Assembly: GCA_963796965.1 (NCBI GenBank)
Contig: CAWCNS010000007.1
Coordinates: 910,598 to 974,597, forward strand
Direction of reading: 5' to 3'
Source of the DNA: Calditrichia bacterium
GTDB taxonomy: Bacteria; Calditrichota; Calditrichia; JAJRVZ01
Length of the DNA stretch: 64,000 bases
The position numbers were made by a program, and so were the translations under genes. Positions 43,727-54,420 of this stretch are shown here, piece by piece. The notes beneath the pieces are model-generated. The model did no database searches. It had not been told where the DNA came from and was given only the letters and a program-made list of their open reading frames with translations. Numbering within the stretch: position 1 is the stretch's first letter; every line of letters starts with the position of its first letter.

Positions 43727-44509
43727 ATGAAAACGGCCTATCTCAGATTTTATGCTGAATTAAATGATTTCTTACCTGTAGACAAGCGACAGAGATCTTT
43801 TGCTTATCAGTTCTCTCTCTCCCCCTCTGTTAAAGATGTCGTAGAATCATGTGGCGTTCCCCACTCAGAAATTGATGTTATTCTGATTAACCATGAATCT
43901 GTTCAGTTTACTTATTCTTTAAATAATGGTGACCGTGTTAGCATATATCCCGTATTCGAAACATTTGATATGTCCCCTTTAATTAGACTTCGGGCGAAAC
44001 CCCTCAGGACCACAAAATTCATATTAGATGAGACTCTGGGGAAATTGACAGGGAAGATGAGGATGTTAGGATTTGATTCGATTAACGAAGTGGCACAGGA
44101 TAAAAGCGAATTCATCCACAGAGCATTAGACGAAAAAAGAATAATTCTTACCAAAAGCCGCAATTTGCTAAAATTCAAATCAATTTCTCACGGATATTGG
44201 ATCAGAGCAACAGAAATTAATGAGCAGATAGACGAAGTTATCTCAAGATTTGATTTGTATTCGCAAATAAAGCCATTCACACGGTGTATTTCATGTAATG
44301 GAAAGATACACGCTGTTCAAAAAGAAGATATTACGGATCTGGTTCCAATAAAGATAATCAGATATCAAAGAAAATTCTGGCAATGCAAACTATGTCATAA
44401 AATTTATTGGCAAGGTTCACATCATCAAAAAATGTTAGAGCAGATAAAACACATTATATCAGAAGGCCAGTCTGATTCTATTAATCCCCAAATTCCGGAT
44501 ATTAAATAG
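43727..44509 (+). CDS. Mut7-C ubiquitin-like/RNase domain protein
   Basis: RFYAELNDFLP...SVKDVVES.GVPH.EI; PFTRCISCNG; C..C.KIYW.GSH. Confidence 0.88.
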   Translation: MKTAYLRFYAELNDFLPVDKRQRSFAYQFSLSPSVKDVVESCGVPHSEIDVILINHESVQFTYSLNNGDRVSIYPVFETFDMSPLIRLRAKPLRTTKFILDETLGKLTGKMRMLGFDSINEVAQDKSEFIHRALDEKRIILTKSRNLLKFKSISHGYWIRATEINEQIDEVISRFDLYSQIKPFTRCISCNGKIHAVQKEDITDLVPIKIIRYQRKFWQCKLCHKIYWQGSHHQKMLEQIKHIISEGQSDSINPQIPDIK

Positions 44510-44543
44510 AATGACCATTAGTCTCATTACTGTTTCATTAGTA

Positions 44544-45383
44544 TTACATATATGCGCTCAGGGTTATGGAATAGAGTCCGATCTGATTCTTCCTGAATTT
44601 GAGTAAATCATTATCATCAAGAAATTTTTTCAGCAATTTATCTTGCAAATTTATTTCTTTCTGCTGATTTATTTTAATCCGATTAAATCCAATCTTTCGA
44701 ATCATTTCCTCAACATCATTAAGATCCGAGGCACCGGATACACAACCTGCATATAGTTCTGCGGAATGTTTTAGTGGTTCAGGTAATTCACCTTTGGTCA
44801 CTATATCCGAGACACAAAAATGCCCTCCCTCCCGTAATACACGATAGATTTCCCGATATACTTTCTCCTTGTCTGGGACAAGATTAATAACACAATTACT
44901 AACAACTACGTCGACTGTATTATCCTCAACCGGTAGATTCTCAATATCTCCATATCTGAACTCTACATTTGAGAAGCCTAATTTCTTTTTATTCTGATTT
45001 GCTCTCTCGATCATTTTCTCTGTCATATCAACCCCAATGACCCAACCGTCCTCTCCAACATAATTCCGGGCAATAAAAACATCATTCCCTGCTCCTGACC
45101 CCAAGTCAAGGACGGTATCTCCCTTTTTAATATTAGCAAATTCAGTCGGTATCCCACACCCCAGACCTAAATCTGCCTCTGGAACATACCCTTGAACAGA
45201 ACTATATTCATCCCCAAGTATTTTTATATCCATATCATTAGGTTCACAGCAGGAGATTTGCACCGGTGTCTCTTTAGTAGGGGTACAGCAACCGGCAGAC
45301 GATTTCTCGTTTATAACGGTTAAATTTGCAATCTCCCCATATTTCTCTTTGACGATTTCTTTAACATTTCTATCTGACTTCAT
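44544..45383 (-). CDS. arsM: Arsenite S-adenosylmethionine methyltransferase
   Basis: N-terminal CC pairs, LGLGCGIP, LDLGSGAG.D, SNCVINL, GCVSGA. Confidence 0.9.
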   Translation of the reverse strand: MKSDRNVKEIVKEKYGEIANLTVINEKSSAGCCTPTKETPVQISCCEPNDMDIKILGDEYSSVQGYVPEADLGLGCGIPTEFANIKKGDTVLDLGSGAGNDVFIARNYVGEDGWVIGVDMTEKMIERANQNKKKLGFSNVEFRYGDIENLPVEDNTVDVVVSNCVINLVPDKEKVYREIYRVLREGGHFCVSDIVTKGELPEPLKHSAELYAGCVSGASDLNDVEEMIRKIGFNRIKINQQKEINLQDKLLKKFLDDNDLLKFRKNQIGLYSITLSAYM

Positions 45384-45422
45384 GACACTCCCCTTATATA
45401 TTTACTTTATCCAATATTATAA

Positions 45423-45741
45423 TTAGCAGCATTTCAAACCGGAAAAAAGATTTAAATACATTTCCTTGGCCTTGTTTAAGGTTTGATAATTTATACAATA
45501 GCATACTTTGGGACCGTCGATATCTCCTTGAATCAAACCACTGTTTTTTAATTCTTTAAGATGTTGGGAGACGGTGGATTGAGCTAGTGGCAATAGCCTC
45601 TACCAACTCTCCACATTGACAGACATTGTTTTGACTAAGTATTTTAAGAATTTTTACTCTTACGGGATGAGATAATGCTTTGGCTATCTCAGATATTTTT
45701 TTTTCATCTTCATCAAAGGTATCAATTTTAGATATTACCAC
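45423..45741 (-). CDS. arsR: ArsR family regulator (frameshift near 45590)
   Basis: [12 protein letters not shown]...CQCGELV; shifted frame [12 protein letters not shown]...GPKVCYC...CC*. Confidence 0.82.
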
Positions 45742-45778
45742 TTCTAATCCTCATTTAAAACTTAATAAGTGTTATTAT

Positions 45779-45811
45779 TATTCATCGTATATCGTAAATA
45801 TACGATGAATA
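45779..45811. promoter_or_regulatory. Putative ArsR operator (14-5-14 perfect inverted repeat)
   Basis: TATTCATCGTATAT-cgtaa-ATATACGATGAATA, about 38 nt upstream of arsR. Confidence 0.7.
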
Positions 45812-45883
45812 GTTCATATTTCAAATTTTTTCTTGAAATATCGGTTATTTTAATTGGACAGAGGTAATTGACTATGGCTGGCA

Positions 45884-46969
45884 TTATTTAAAAAATAGTT
45901 CTGTTTTATAACCCTTGGATTGTAGACTTTCTTTATGCTGCTCAAGAAATAATAGGATGGTTTCTATGCTTGTCGCATATAACATACCTGGTTCGACAAT
46001 TTCCTGCCTCTCTATATGAATATCCCCCGTATACGGACGGAAAGTCTCCCAGTCCTCTATACTTTTACCCAGATATGGCACCAATGTGTATTGCGTCTTT
46101 CCGGATATCCCTTTTGCCATCCCTACAAGCTCAAAATTCGGGACACCATCCCTTATGGCCAATATAATCCCTCCGCTAATGCCTTTTTGAAGAGTTGCAT
46201 CAAGTAAAAAGGAATGAGAGGTATCATAATTAGGACTACTCACGATTGCAGTCGAAATCATTTTTTTTGCCCTCGGAAATCCCAATATATATACAAAACT
46301 ACCCCAATCAAGTTCCTTTGCATTCCCGAGGGATAATTTAAGTGTTTTTGCAGTTTGATTAGGTTTTCCGGCCAGAAAACTGTCACCAACATCCAGAACC
46401 TTCCCTATTACTGCAATATCATTAACCTCATCGAGGGCAAGAATCTCGAAGTCATAGGTCGTTGGCTGAGATATAATGTTTGCTGTTTGCCGCACCTTAA
46501 TGATGAAATAATTTATATTCGGAGTATCTTTCCCGTTACTATCCGGATGATAGGTGATTATCGTATCAGGATTATTGACTATATGGGCACAGGTTATAAA
46601 TGCAACTTTATCATTATCCTTATACACCAAGGTTGCGGTTCCCGAAGATGGTTGTTCGAATACAACAGAGTTGTGAGAGTTAAGATCATTATTTCCTGCA
46701 ATCAAATCCGCTTTGGTAATTGGTGTATTTTTGTCAAAATAATAACTCTCATAAATAGTCAGAACACTAACCAGATTTATTGATTTTAATATTTCACGTA
46801 AATATCCTGATACCTCGGTTACCGGAAACCCCGAATCATACTTATTATCCCCTAATTGAGGTTTCTCCAATTGGGTAGACGTTGATTCTGGATGACAACT
46901 CACTAAGATCATAAAAAAAAGAGTTGCTATACATACTATCTTTATTGTTTTAATCTTTACATAGGTCAT
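45884..46969 (-). CDS. Trypsin-like serine protease lipoprotein
   Basis: Lipobox LVSC; TCAHIV, DIAV and GISGG triad motifs. Confidence 0.72.
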   Translation of the reverse strand: MTYVKIKTIKIVCIATLFFMILVSCHPESTSTQLEKPQLGDNKYDSGFPVTEVSGYLREILKSINLVSVLTIYESYYFDKNTPITKADLIAGNNDLNSHNSVVFEQPSSGTATLVYKDNDKVAFITCAHIVNNPDTIITYHPDSNGKDTPNINYFIIKVRQTANIISQPTTYDFEILALDEVNDIAVIGKVLDVGDSFLAGKPNQTAKTLKLSLGNAKELDWGSFVYILGFPRAKKMISTAIVSSPNYDTSHSFLLDATLQKGISGGIILAIRDGVPNFELVGMAKGISGKTQYTLVPYLGKSIEDWETFRPYTGDIHIERQEIVEPGMLYATSIETILLFLEQHKESLQSKGYKTELFFK

Positions 46970-46981
46970 ATAACGCCTGTC

Positions 46982-47929
46982 CTACCATGGGAGATGATTT
47001 AAATCAACATTTCCGCCTGAGAGAATCAAACCGATCTTTTTACTCCGAATAAGTTCTTTATTTTTTAACAACACAGCCAAAACAACAGCAGATGAAGGTT
47101 CGACAATGATTTTCATTCTCTCCCAGATTAGCCTCATTGCCTCAATAATTAATTCATCTTCCACCGTTAGAATCTTATAAACCCTGGAACGAATTATTTC
47201 AAATGTAATATTTCCAAGAGAAGTCAAAAGACCATCGGCAATAGTGTTAGGATTAACAGATGGTTGTATTTTACCCGTTTCTAATGATCTAAAAGCATCA
47301 TCAGCACCGGCCGGCTCGGCGCCTACAACCTTTATTTCCGGATTCAACAAAGAAGCAGAAATGGCTGTTCCGCTTAGTAATCCTCCACCCCCTACTGGCG
47401 CAATAACCATATCCAAATCAGGAATATCTTCCAAAAGCTCCAGACAGGCAGTTGAGGCCCCCTTTATAACCTGCATATTGTTAAAAGGATGAATAAAAAC
47501 CGCACCGGTTTTTTCAACAACCTTCTCCAGATTTTCTTCTCGGGATTGAAGTGTAGGCTCACAGAAAGTTATTTCTGCTCCATAAGCGGCCACAGCCTTT
47601 TTTTTGATCTCTGGAGCTGTCCGCGGCATCACAATATGGCCGGCAATACCACGGTTTTTTGCCGCCAGGGTCAATGCTGCAGCATGATTACCCGATGAGT
47701 GGGTTGCAACCCCCTTTGCCGCTTCATCTTTAGTCAAAGACATAACGGCATTTGTTGCCCCTCTGAATTTAAAGGCACCCACTTTTTGAAGATTCTCGCA
47801 TTTAAAATATAGTTCTGCATCAACTTGTTCATTAATACCCGTTGATGTCATCACAGGTGTGCGATGAATAAAGGGTTTAATTTTTTCTGCAACAGATTTG
47901 ATTTCTTTTAGTGTAGGTAACTCTTGCAT
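46982..47929 (-). CDS. PLP-dependent threonine/serine dehydratase (serine racemase-like)
   Basis: KCENLQKVGAFKFRG, SSGNH, PVGGGGL, TIADGL, SGGN. Confidence 0.92.
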   Translation of the reverse strand: MQELPTLKEIKSVAEKIKPFIHRTPVMTSTGINEQVDAELYFKCENLQKVGAFKFRGATNAVMSLTKDEAAKGVATHSSGNHAAALTLAAKNRGIAGHIVMPRTAPEIKKKAVAAYGAEITFCEPTLQSREENLEKVVEKTGAVFIHPFNNMQVIKGASTACLELLEDIPDLDMVIAPVGGGGLLSGTAISASLLNPEIKVVGAEPAGADDAFRSLETGKIQPSVNPNTIADGLLTSLGNITFEIIRSRVYKILTVEDELIIEAMRLIWERMKIIVEPSSAVVLAVLLKNKELIRSKKIGLILSGGNVDLNHLPW

Positions 47930-48028
47930 AGTATTTCAAACCATCCTGTTTATAAGATGTTAGTGGAATTGAATCAATCATGTATATACGTTAAATTAGA
48001 CCGTGGACTGCTTTAAAAATCAACTATC

Positions 48029-48117
<89 letters not shown>

Positions 48118-48310
48118 GCTTAAGACAAAAGACAAAAGAACTAAGACAAGAATTATCAATAAGAGAGAAATGTTATCTCTGTTTTTTTCTTTTGTCCTTT
48201 TTCTTTTTTCTTGATAGACCTACCTCTCAGCTATGCATAGCGATCAATAAAAAAACACCCCTTCCAGAAAACTGCTCTGAAGGGGGTGTTGGATTGCTGT
48301 GTAATTAGGT

Positions 48311-48410
48311 TTACTTGATGAGTATCATCTTCTTTACATCCTGAAATTCACCACTCCGTCTCACCGAATCTTCGATTTCAAGTTTATAAAAGTAGATTCC
48401 GCTAGATAAA
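48311..48410 (-). pseudogene. Remnant of a T9SS C-terminal domain
   Basis: Reverse strand reads LSSGIYFYK...GEFQDVKKMILIK*, nearly identical to the end of 48993..50453. Confidence 0.65.
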
Positions 48411-48465
48411 CTAAATTCAGCCATACTACGCGCAGGATTTTATTTAAATTCCATCCATTTATAAC

Positions 48466-48894
48466 CTAATAAAGTTGAAAATTTATAATCTGAATGTCTT
48501 CCGTGCAGTGAACACTTACGGCAGGCCAGTTTTTATGTTTATATCCTGCTTTCGATGCTCGGATATTGCAAAATCCGTTTCCCAAACAATACTCATTGTC
48601 TTTGAGATTGTAGACGATTTTGTATTCACCATCTTCATTCGTATAATCTGTAGCAATGCTGTACATATACTCAGTGGATAATATTTTACTGAAATCATCG
48701 TCCCAATCATCAAAGTCATTTTCCCACCGCCACATCTGAACAGTCACTTTCTCCGCTGGTGAGCCATCCGATTGATAGGTTACAATACCCTCGATATGAA
48801 TGGTTCGCGGAGAATCAGATTCAAGATCACAACTAAACGCTGATAAAATGATGAGTATCAGAAGAGCCAATTGGAAAGAGTTAAATATTCTCAC
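48466..48894 (-). CDS. Small lipoprotein with carboxypeptidase-regulatory-like fold
   Basis: Lipobox AFSC; I.G.V....DGSP; TNEDGEY; ASKAGY. Confidence 0.6.
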   Translation of the reverse strand: MRIFNSFQLALLILIILSAFSCDLESDSPRTIHIEGIVTYQSDGSPAEKVTVQMWRWENDFDDWDDDFSKILSTEYMYSIATDYTNEDGEYKIVYNLKDNEYCLGNGFCNIRASKAGYKHKNWPAVSVHCTEDIQIINFQLY

Positions 48895-48992
48895 GGCTGA
48901 CTTTAAAATATAGAGGAGGTAAAACCACCATTATGTCCATCCTATTCATGAAACTTAACGATTTCCCATCTTACAAATAAGGGACCATAGGT

Positions 48993-50453
48993 CTACTTGA
49001 TGAGTATCATCTTCTTCACCTCCTGAAATTCACCTGCTTCTATTCTGTACAGATAAATCCCTGAAGCAAGATCATTTCCCTCAAACTGAAAGGTATGTTT
49101 GCCTGCTTGTAGTTTATCATTAACAACTGTAGCAACCTCTTCACCAAGGATGTTGTAGATTTTGAGTATAACGAATTCAGATTTGGGGAGAGTGAAGTTA
49201 ATGGATGTAGATGGATTGAAGGGGTTGGGGTAGTTTTGGGATAGATGATAAGTATTGATTCTACTCGATAGATCTTTAATGACAATTGGAGGTTGATAGG
49301 TATAAGTTGACTTTTCCTTATTTACCCAATATAAATTATCCCATTTTTGTTTGACCATTTCGATCAAGTTATTGTTTCCATCATTTGTGTAAGTCCACAG
49401 TTGATGATTCAACCACTCAGTGATATCCCAGAATTGCACTAACTCTTGAATCAAATTTTTGTTTCCATCATAAATACAGGTTTGTATAAATTTATAGTCA
49501 TTCACCCAATTGGAGCCATCCCAATTTTGCCATAACTCTTCAATCATATTGTTATCTTCATCATAGAGATATGCGTATTTCCAGGAGTTCACCCACATAT
49601 TATCATGCCAGTATTGACCTAACCAATCAATCAAATTGTTATTCATATCATAGGTAGATACGAGTTTAAAGACATTTACCCAGTTTGTGCTCTCCCATCG
49701 TTGGAATAATTCTTCTCTTGATTTATTACCTCCATTATACTTATATGCTATTTTTGAGGAATTCACCCAATTTGAGTCATTCCAATTTTGCCATAACTCT
49801 TCAATCATATTGTTATCTTCATCATAGAGGTATGCGTGTTTCCAGGAATTCACCCACATATTATCATGCCAGTATTGACCTAACCAATCAATCAAATTAT
49901 TGTTCTCATCATAAGTTCTTGTATATTTCGATGAATTCATCCAATCGGTACTATACCAATCCAGAAATAACTCCTCCATTAAATTATTTTTTCCGTCATA
50001 GGTTTTTATAAATTTGTTGTTATTCACCCAATTGGAGCCGTCCCAATCCTGTCTTAATTCTTCGATCATATTTTTATTTTCATCATAAATATAGGATTTA
50101 CGATAATTATTCACCCACATTAAACCATCCCAGTTTTGCCAAACCTCTTCAATTAATAGAAATTCATTATTAAGGATTAATTTATTTATTACAGGCCTTA
50201 TTGTCTTTTGATTGAAAATAAATAATTGTAATGCTTCTCTTCTATTTACTGTTGAAAATGAATGAGAAAATATATTTTTTTTTAATCTATTATTAACATT
50301 TTGACCATCATTAATTTTATAATATCTTTTAAGCGGAGTCCCAATCAATTCGTCGGTCAATATTGTATTTGATATATCTTGTCCCATCAACACCGAGAAT
50401 ATACAAGCATAGATACAATAAAAATAAACATGTCTGATGATAATATTGTCCAT
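48993..50453 (-). CDS. T9SS type-A CTD protein with Trp-rich 29-aa repeats
   Basis: Repeats YD.NNN.IEEL.Q.WDG.NWVN; CTD LSQNYPNPFNPST...KKMILIK. Confidence 0.85.
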   Translation of the reverse strand: MDNIIIRHVYFYCIYACIFSVLMGQDISNTILTDELIGTPLKRYYKINDGQNVNNRLKKNIFSHSFSTVNRREALQLFIFNQKTIRPVINKLILNNEFLLIEEVWQNWDGLMWVNNYRKSYIYDENKNMIEELRQDWDGSNWVNNNKFIKTYDGKNNLMEELFLDWYSTDWMNSSKYTRTYDENNNLIDWLGQYWHDNMWVNSWKHAYLYDEDNNMIEELWQNWNDSNWVNSSKIAYKYNGGNKSREELFQRWESTNWVNVFKLVSTYDMNNNLIDWLGQYWHDNMWVNSWKYAYLYDEDNNMIEELWQNWDGSNWVNDYKFIQTCIYDGNKNLIQELVQFWDITEWLNHQLWTYTNDGNNNLIEMVKQKWDNLYWVNKEKSTYTYQPPIVIKDLSSRINTYHLSQNYPNPFNPSTSINFTLPKSEFVILKIYNILGEEVATVVNDKLQAGKHTFQFEGNDLASGIYLYRIEAGEFQEVKKMILIK

Positions 50454-51171
50454 TTCATACCTCCTGAGAAATAAATTTCTTTATATGAAAGTCAATCAGA
50501 CCATGTGGAAATATTAAGATCATTTGTCATTGAATTATCACTATTATACCAAATTAATAATAAGTAAAAAATATATAGTGATTGATAATCGTGAAATAAT
50601 TTAAACCGCCAATTTCAACTAATTATAATTATTTCAAAACAGTTTATCTGAGTGGTTCAGTATGAAGAAAGTCTAATAATACAGTATCATTTAAGATCAA
50701 TAAAAAAGATAGTCTGTCGTCTTTAAGAAGAAGTTCAGAAGATATTTAGTCTAAGTGATCAGGGGCTATTTGGTGTATAAATATACAAACTCAGCAGGGA
50801 AATGCAATAAAAGCAGAATTTATTTTAATTCCAAGATTTCGTATTTATTTTTTTTATGCCTCATGTCCACGTCGGTACATCCCAAAAAAATACCCCCACC
50901 AGAAAACTGTTCTAAAGGGGGTGTTGGATTGCATAATAATTAATGTCACCTGAGCAGTATCATCTTCTTGATATCCCTATAGCTACCCGTTAACAATTAA
51001 TTGAAGTATATACTATACGCCATAATCTTGGTATCAAATGGTGTATTTGTCTGTCGATCTTGAAAACTTTTGATAAAAAAACGATACTATAATGTTAAAA
51101 CTAAAAAAGTATCGTATCGATGACTTACAATGAATAAAAAGGAAGCTATCATTAAGAGATGCATTTTTATT

Positions 51172-52359
51172 TTAAAGGTTTAGCTTACCTGCTGTCACCA
51201 AAGTCTTGCCGTCTACTTTGACTGTCGATCCTTCGATATGTCCGAACAAGGCATAGTTGATCTTGTTGTCGCCGCCAGCCCAGCTATTACCGCCAATACC
51301 TACAGTTACCATGCCGGCGGGTATCCAGGAGGTCATCTTACTGTCAGGAATTATTTGGATATCTGGATTAATTCCTATATCAATCATTGCGAATTCCTCT
51401 TTACCTGCACCGGCAGCATCATAATCTGCCTTAATACGGCTGATATCCGATTTTGAAGTCATTGACACCAACTTTCCCTCTACAAAAGAGAACGTGAGCC
51501 CATTGACTTCTTTACCAGCATAGAACATCCGGTCGATAACAACTTTCCCCTGGGCCGTACCCGAAACCGGGGCAACGATCACCTCGCCAGCTGGCAGATA
51601 GGCCTGGCATGCTGCATATCCTGCCTTTATATCAGCTTCGGAAATTATCCCATCGCTAACAAATACCGGACGATTTTCAATTTTCATTTTTAAATCTGTC
51701 CCGTTTGGATGAGTCAGATGAATCTCCCTGGCAGCTGCAAGTCTTTTCTTGAGTTGTACACCTGTCACTTCAACCTGTTTATAGTCCGCGGCGATGCCTT
51801 GCCAGAACATTCTTGTCAGCTCGTCTAAGGGCACATCCCAACGCTTTGCCAGGTTTTTGGTTGGGTACATCTCATTGCCGATATTCACACCCCGAATATT
51901 TCGTTTCACAAAAATTTCATTCACAGGTTCATAGGCTTTCCCGATTAGTGCAAGTCGCGTAGGGTCCGCCTCGGCAAACAGATTTAAATTATCACCAAAG
52001 TTAACAGAAATCTGAACATCAATAATTTCAGAGATCTTCAATCTGAAAGTTGGCGATTGGCTATCGTATTTATCAGGAGTTTCGGCAAACATCCGCCAGC
52101 TCATCTGTTCACTGCCAACCTGGATTACCGGAAAAGCACCTGCTTTCCGTACTTCTATAGCAATCTCCTCCATTAGTGCCATATCACGAACACCGCCCGA
52201 AATCCAGACGTGTTCACCTTCATTTACATTGGTACTTTGGTTAACGATACGTTTTGCCATATCGCTGTAATCAATTACTCCTTTTTGGGCGACTGCCTGA
52301 TTGAATATCAATATCAAGAGTCCACAACAAATAAAAATTTGTTTAATTTTCATTACCAT
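51172..52359 (-). CDS. Exported M29 aminopeptidase-like protein, metal ligands apparently lost
   Basis: Signal peptide; GTDL...; LPAGEV..AP..GTAQG; IGIN; G.V.VGIG. Confidence 0.7.
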   Translation of the reverse strand: MVMKIKQIFICCGLLILIFNQAVAQKGVIDYSDMAKRIVNQSTNVNEGEHVWISGGVRDMALMEEIAIEVRKAGAFPVIQVGSEQMSWRMFAETPDKYDSQSPTFRLKISEIIDVQISVNFGDNLNLFAEADPTRLALIGKAYEPVNEIFVKRNIRGVNIGNEMYPTKNLAKRWDVPLDELTRMFWQGIAADYKQVEVTGVQLKKRLAAAREIHLTHPNGTDLKMKIENRPVFVSDGIISEADIKAGYAACQAYLPAGEVIVAPVSGTAQGKVVIDRMFYAGKEVNGLTFSFVEGKLVSMTSKSDISRIKADYDAAGAGKEEFAMIDIGINPDIQIIPDSKMTSWIPAGMVTVGIGGNSWAGGDNKINYALFGHIEGSTVKVDGKTLVTAGKLNL

Positions 52360-53011
52360 AGTACCTCCTTTTTACCTTTAGTTTTAAGATAGCTTCCAGA
52401 CCTAATTACATCTATAACCGATAAATGAAATCCTGAAAATAAGATTTTACCAGCCAAATATAGCTCAAAGAAATCATCTTACCTACCATTATGTTTTTGA
52501 CCAAGTACTAATGAGTTCATGAAAATAAACTGCAAAAATGATAATTCAGATATGTTTATGATACCAGAGGAATAAAAAATAGTTGTTATTTCATTGTCCA
52601 GTCAATGGCGATTATTTACATATCACCGCGATACAATATAGAATTTTTTGGCAATATATTAGACTTATTAGTCATTACTATGATAGAGATGGGTCGTCTT
52701 TAGGAGGAAGTCTGAACAATATTCAAGTATGAATAGTGGAATCATATGATTGCATCAATATACGAATTGATAAACAGAAATGTTATAAAAATCTGAAGTA
52801 TTATAATTGTAGGATCTCTACCTCATGTTCTTTATATCTCAGTATCTCATCGGTACCCCAACATGAATATCAATTATATTCAGGTGACAGATGACGGTGG
52901 GTAGAATTAAGTTGAAATGCGTCAAAATACGATGAAATGGGCGTTTCACGGTGACAGGTACAAAAAAGACATTATATATTGTTTTTATTAACTTTAACCT
53001 AATTCAAGGCA

Positions 53012-53068
53012 GTCTCGAAAACCGTTGTACCCTTTGGGTACCCAGGGTTCGAATCCCACCCTCTCCGC
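53012..53068 (+). repeat. attR-like duplicate of the tRNA-Ser(CGA) 3' half
   Basis: gtctcgaaaaccgttgtaccctttgggtacccagggttcgaatcccaccctctccgc; 3 mismatches to 48059-48115. Confidence 0.88.
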
Positions 53069-53319
53069 TAGTCTAAGAAAAAGACAAAAGAATTATAAGG
53101 AAATGTTTAATGATAAATCCTGGTTTTCTCCAATGATTTTTTTCTTGGACCCAGATTATCTCCAAAATAATATAAAAAGTATAATGACTTAGATCACTTT
53201 ATTAAAGTCTTAACTTCTATATTTTGTTAATAAAATTGTAAAACAAAAGCTGCTCCAACGGTAAAAATCTTTCTACAGACCACTAATTATAATTTTCAGT
53301 ATTTTAGAAAGAAAAAATC

Positions 53320-54258
53320 TTGAAAAATATTCTATGTATCGGTGCCGGGTATGTGGGGGGTCCGACAATGGCCGTCATTGCGAAGCATTGTCCAGAACAT
53401 CGTGTTGTTGTGGGGGGGCGTGAGACACCTTCAGGCCTAGCAGCCATTGAAGAGGTGGCAAAAATCTACGCACATTGGGTTCAGGATAAGCGTATAATCA
53501 AGATGAATCTATGGTCCAGTGAATTATCCAAATTAACTGCCAATGCCTTCCTCGCCCAACGGATCTCATCTATCAATGCTATTGCAAATCTTTGTGAAAG
53601 GACAGAAGCAGATGTTACGGAAGTATCCCATGCGATCGGTTCGGATCGACGCATTGGTTCTCACTTTCTAAATGCAAGTATAGGGTTTGGTGGATCTTGT
53701 TTTAAAAAAGATATTCTTAACTTAGTTTACTTGTGTGAATATTATGGTCTTAATGAAGTGGCCATTTATTGGGAGCAAGTAGTTAAATTGAATGAGTACC
53801 AAAAATTAAATTTTGTCTCCAGAATGATTACGGCTATGTTTAATAGTGTGGCCGGTAAACGTATCGCCGTTTTTGGTGCTGCCTTTAAGGCACATACGAG
53901 TGATATTCGGGAGTCGCCTTCTCTGGACATTTGTCACATTTTAGTTGAAGAACAGGCAAAGGTTGTTATATCCGATCCTCACGCCCTATAAAATGCCCGT
54001 ACCGATTTGGGTGCTATTGCTGAGAGGGTAATTTTTGAACCTGACCCATATATAGCAACAAAGGATGCTCATGCAATTGCAGTACTTACGGAATGGCCTC
54101 AATATATTGATCTGGATTATAAAGCCATCTACAAATCTATGATTCAACCATCATTTATTTTCGATGGCCGTAACCTTCTTAATCATGAAAACTTATTTCA
54201 AATTGGCTTTAATGTTTACCCTCTCGGCAAACCTCATCGAACTCATTTTAGCAGTTAA
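53320..54258 (+). pseudogene. ugd: UDP-glucose 6-dehydrogenase pseudogene
   Basis: GAGYVGGP jumps straight to GGRETP (large internal deletion); SELSKL.ANAFLAQRISS; GFGGSCF; in-frame TAA at 53989. Confidence 0.85.
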
Positions 54259-54420
54259 AAAAAACAAATAGGTAGCGACTGAGTATTACATCATGTTGGT
54301 CTTTGAAACAATCCGAAGTATTTATATTATCCCATTATTTGCTCTTATTTTTCGACCATAAGAGAAGTACAATTGCGATAATAGAAATATTTTGAGAGGC
54401 ACGTGATAAAGACTTTGCCC

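Noticed and set aside
53012..53070. A third functional tRNA-Ser
   Set aside because: It lacks the 5' acceptor strand and D-arm, has a mismatched T-stem and no CCA; interpreted as an att duplicate.
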